From an uncultured Candidatus Rokubacteria bacterium (GTDB taxonomy: Bacteria; Methylomirabilota; Methylomirabilia; Rokubacteriales; DASRDR01), in NCBI GenBank assembly GCA_963805625.1, contig CAWDVE010000010.1, positions 1,920,001 to 1,984,000 on the forward strand: a DNA stretch of 64,000 bases, read 5' to 3'. This document shows positions 60,937 through 64,000 of this stretch, one piece after another. A model generated the notes under the pieces. The model saw only the letters and a list, made by a program, of their open reading frames with translations. It was not told where the DNA came from and did not search any database. Every line of letters begins with the position of its first letter. The stretch's first letter is position 1. A program made the translations under genes and the position numbers.

Positions 60937-61932
60937 GTGCTGGCCCCGGCTCTGCCCCTCACAGGGGTGCGCGGAGGGCAGCGGTCGTCGCCTGTCGGCG
61001 CGGCCTCGACGCCCCGCGGGTGAACGCGTTCAGGGATCGCCACCAGGCGACCCACACTTAGCGAATGGTTCGTGGTACTGCAATCCGCCAGAGACACCAT
61101 CTGTCTGATGTGATCGCCTCACGGTCACGCCAGTCCGCGCGAGTTAGGGCCCTAATGGGGATCGAACGCCTCGACTACGCCCGCCCAGGCTCGGGCTGAG
61201 GGCTGGCGGGCTGCGGCGTGATCTCGTGTCTTTGCTGGCTAGTACAGTGTGCCGAGAGGGCGCCGCGCTTTCTGAGGTGTGGCGGCCACTCTGAATCCAC
61301 TAATTTCGTTGAAATACCGAAATCTTGCGGTGGTGGCAATACGCCCAGGGCGATCCTCCGGAAACGCTCGCCGACGCTCGAACCTCTGCCGCGAACCCAC
61401 GCGGGTCGACCTCGATGACTTTGGTCCGCGCAGAGGTACCCCGTCTTCCGTGACCTCGGAGCACCCGAGAAACCCCATCCACAGACAAGCGCCAAGCGTT
61501 GCCTGTCGCCTACCGCACCCTCGGCGTAGAACGCCCAGCATCCAACCCGCTCACCGGAGAATTCTCGTGAAGCAATTGATCTCGTAAAATGATGCAAACG
61601 GAGGATTCTCTCAAAGGCTGAGCGGCGCTATGTGGAAGGCAGCCGAGGTGCGGAGGCGGAGGGAATAATCGGCAGGAGGAGACCGGGCCTCAGACGGTGC
61701 CCGGCCCGCCATGCAGGAAGCCTGAAGTCCACACACTAGCACCCGCGTAGCTGTCGGTGTGCCAGTCAGCCCGGACCTCATCCGCAGGTAGCGGTCGCCT
61801 CCGTCGCGGTACGGGCCTAGCACTCAGAGGCCCTACCCATCAGAGATGTATCTCTCCGAGCGCGGGGCCCGTCTACGAGTTTGAGAGACGACCTAGGAAC
61901 CAGAAGATAGGGCTGGCCGTTGAAACATCCAC

Positions 61933-62166
61933 GAGGAGCTCCCGCCCCAGTACCAATCGACTGTGATCCTTAGCGAGGACGCTGGACTCACCAACCAGCA
62001 GATCGCCGAGGTATTGGGAAGCACCCTCGACACGATCAACATCAGACTGCATCGTGCGCGGGGGCGGCTCAAGAAGACCCTCGGCACTGGCTGCGCATTC
62101 TATCGGGACGAGCGCAACGAACTCGCATGCGAGCCCAAGATCGCGAGTGTATCTCCGAGCGACTGA
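61933..62166 (+). pseudogene. ECF sigma factor C-terminal (region 4) remnant
   Basis: ELPPQYQSTVILSEDAGLTNQQIAEVLG.TLDTINIRLHRAR..LKK...C......C. Confidence 0.7.
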
Positions 62167-62203
62167 CCTTCGTCTATACGGTCGGAGAAAGGGGGGCAGG
62201 GCC

Positions 62204-62455
62204 ATGAAGCTGGACAATCGGATCATCGAGTTGGTGGCCATTGGGGCGTCGGTCACCGCGAACTGCCTCTCGTGCCTGGAGTACCACGTCGGGAAGGCAA
62301 CGGAGAGCGGCATCGATGCCGAGGAGATCGCCCACGCGATCGAAGTCGGGAAGATGGTCCGTAAGGGGGCGGCGGGCAAGATGGATAAGCTCGTAGAGAA
62401 CCTTCGCAGGGCTTCTCCGTCGCCAGCGGGTGCCTCGACCGCATGCTGTGGGTGA
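62204..62455 (+). CDS. Carboxymuconolactone decarboxylase / AhpD-like protein
   Basis: ELVAIGAS..ANCLSCLEYH...A...G...EEI; C-terminal CCG. Confidence 0.85.
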   Translation: MKLDNRIIELVAIGASVTANCLSCLEYHVGKATESGIDAEEIAHAIEVGKMVRKGAAGKMDKLVENLRRASPSPAGASTACCG

Positions 62456-62485
62456 GGCGCTTCCCTCACCAGACAGGAGGACTCG

Positions 62486-62728
62486 ATGATGATGTGGGGA
62501 CCAGGACCGTGGGGAGCGCCGATGTGGGGCGGGTGGTGGATCTTCCCGCTCCTCGGGTTGCTGTTCATCGTCACCATGATGGTGTTCTGCGCCCGCATGA
62601 TACGGGGGATGATGGGCGGCACCGGGATGTGTGGCCATGGCGGGCACCGCGTGAGTGAAGCGGACGACCTTCGCCGCGAAGTGCGTGAGCTCCGCGAGGA
62701 GATCCAGAAGCTCCGCGCCGGTAGCTGA
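62486..62728 (+). CDS. Small membrane protein
   Basis: Met/Gly/Trp-rich N-terminus, one TM helix, coiled-coil tail; AGGAGG RBS. Confidence 0.75.
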   Translation: MMMWGPGPWGAPMWGGWWIFPLLGLLFIVTMMVFCARMIRGMMGGTGMCGHGGHRVSEADDLRREVRELREEIQKLRAGS

Positions 62729-62917
62729 GCAGGGGGCCATGGCGGGTACGCCAGGGCTCTTCGTGCGGTCCGTTGTCGGCGGTCGTGGCGGACACCGAGT
62801 TGACGGACATCGCCGAAGGGTACCTCTCGAATGAGCTGAGAGTGTGCGGTGACGATAGTCGGGCACTCAGGAGGTGACTCCAATGTGCTTCTTCGTCACG
62901 AGAGGAGGAACATCGGC

Positions 62918-63049
62918 ATGAATGAACACATGATCGAAAAGATGAAGGTAGGCATGGGGATGTGTCCGATGTGCCGGGAGATGAACTGCCAAGAGATGAT
63001 GGAGAAGATTAAAGCGGGCGGAGTGCTACCCTTCCGTCGCCGGCAATAG
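62918..63049 (+). CDS. Small Met/Cys-rich peptide
   Basis: AGGAGG RBS; MGMCPMCREMNCQEMM. Confidence 0.5.
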   Translation: MNEHMIEKMKVGMGMCPMCREMNCQEMMEKIKAGGVLPFRRRQ

Positions 63050-63279
63050 CTCCTCCACCATGTCGGGCGGGGGCGGCGGCGTGGCGCATCCTCGATCGAC
63101 GAGCGCGCATCACCTGCACGACACGCGTCTCAGTGATCTGGGAATGCCCTCAGCCGCCCCCCAACCGTTCCGACCACCATCTCCGATCGGGAACCTCAGC
63201 GTCTGGATCGGGCATGAGCTCTCCGGCCAGGCTCCTCGGCTGTCAAGCTTGGGAGCGGCAGCATGCCCCATTTCCTCTC

Positions 63280-63645
63280 TCAATGGATCGGCCAGAACTC
63301 CCCGGTGTGTCGTGCGGCCGGACGACGGCGCGTAGCGTCCTTGCAGCCGCGCCGACACGCGACCGCAACCGCGGGCTCGAAGGCGCTGCACTCCATGACG
63401 CGGAGGGTCTGCCGAAAGCCCGGGGGCCCCCCCTCCTCGAATAAGACTTCGACGTCCCGGCGGGCCGCCGGGCACCAGAAGCGGCGGGGCCGCACGGTGC
63501 GGCACGACGCTCCCACCACGCTTCCGAGCGCGATCGCCAGGACGCCCAGCCCCGCCGTCCAGGCCAGCAGGGCAGCGAACGCGCGCATTAACGCCTCCCA
63601 CTCCTGCGCCACCTGCGAAGCCATGATCTCCACCTGCCAGTCCAT
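63280..63645 (-). CDS. Hypothetical membrane-anchored Cys4 protein
   Basis: AGGAGG RBS; TM helix, then FWCP...VEVLF...CSAF...C.R.C. Confidence 0.65.
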   Translation of the reverse strand: MDWQVEIMASQVAQEWEALMRAFAALLAWTAGLGVLAIALGSVVGASCRTVRPRRFWCPAARRDVEVLFEEGGPPGFRQTLRVMECSAFEPAVAVACRRGCKDATRRRPAARHTGEFWPIH

Positions 63646-64000
63646 GCCTCACCTCCTGCCGGAGCTCTCGGCGGATCCCCCCACAACTGGGTGCAAGACG
63701 GCGGCCGATGGGCGCTGGATGGTCACCGTCGTGTAAGTGCGCGCCCTGACAGGCGGTACTCCCCGACCTCCCTGTCAGGGCTCAGGGGTAGGCTGGGGCT
63801 CGTACGACCCGACTGGGGCGACCGCGCCCGGGGGATCATCGCGAGTCGTGATCGCCTTCCCGTTGCTCCGCGGTGAGGAATCGAGCGCGCGGCGCTCAAA
63901 CGGCGGCTCGACGAGCTGGCCGCGGCCCGTCCGCCAGACGGAAAGATGGACGGCCCCCTGAAGGCCGGCGCGCTCACCCCCACGCCCAGCACCGGCTCCG

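Noticed and set aside
61144-61172. ttagggccctaa palindrome with a nearby GTTCGATCC T-loop-like motif
   Set aside because: No T-stem pairing or cloverleaf.
61606-61621. ctctcaaaggctga resembling the tRNA-Glu anticodon arm
   Set aside because: Short, gapped, opposite in orientation to the other fragments and without a T-arm; could be chance.

Overview
High-GC bacterial window. The gene families (zinc-ribbon adenylate/guanylate cyclase-AAA-TPR proteins, tandem-GAF histidine kinase, DUF534-type ABC substrate-binding proteins) suggest Ca. Rokubacteria/Methylomirabilota; this is inference only. 1-4.9 kb is the end of a glycan-modification cluster. 5.1-8.4 kb is an uncharacterised minus-strand 3-4 gene operon with a sigma54-type promoter and an enhancer-like repeat. 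8.6-14.6 kb holds ppa, pyk and a FecR/CHASE2-cyclase pair, bracketed by a duplicated ppa 3' end. From about 14.7 kb onward the window is a tRNA-Glu(CTC)-related integration hotspot. It contains tRNA-Glu 3'-half fragments with paired GTTGCCAC arm-type repeats and a decayed defence/cassette island at 22.3-33.7 kb (Fic, two HNH nucleases, attC-like sites, two IS, truncated hsdM). It also contains a ~21.5 kb satellite-like element (33717-55280) bounded by a perfect 20-bp repeat, with a primase-like gene, iterons, signalling cargo and a large serine recombinase whose att core lies inside its own 3' coding end. Integration/excision would swap the recombinase C-terminus (VAPTGFE-PVFQP* versus VAPTGFE-RLCTLSFRGILP*). 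Orphan recombinase tails at 14681, 22233 and 35952 record earlier events of the same kind. No intact tRNA, rRNA or CRISPR array was seen.
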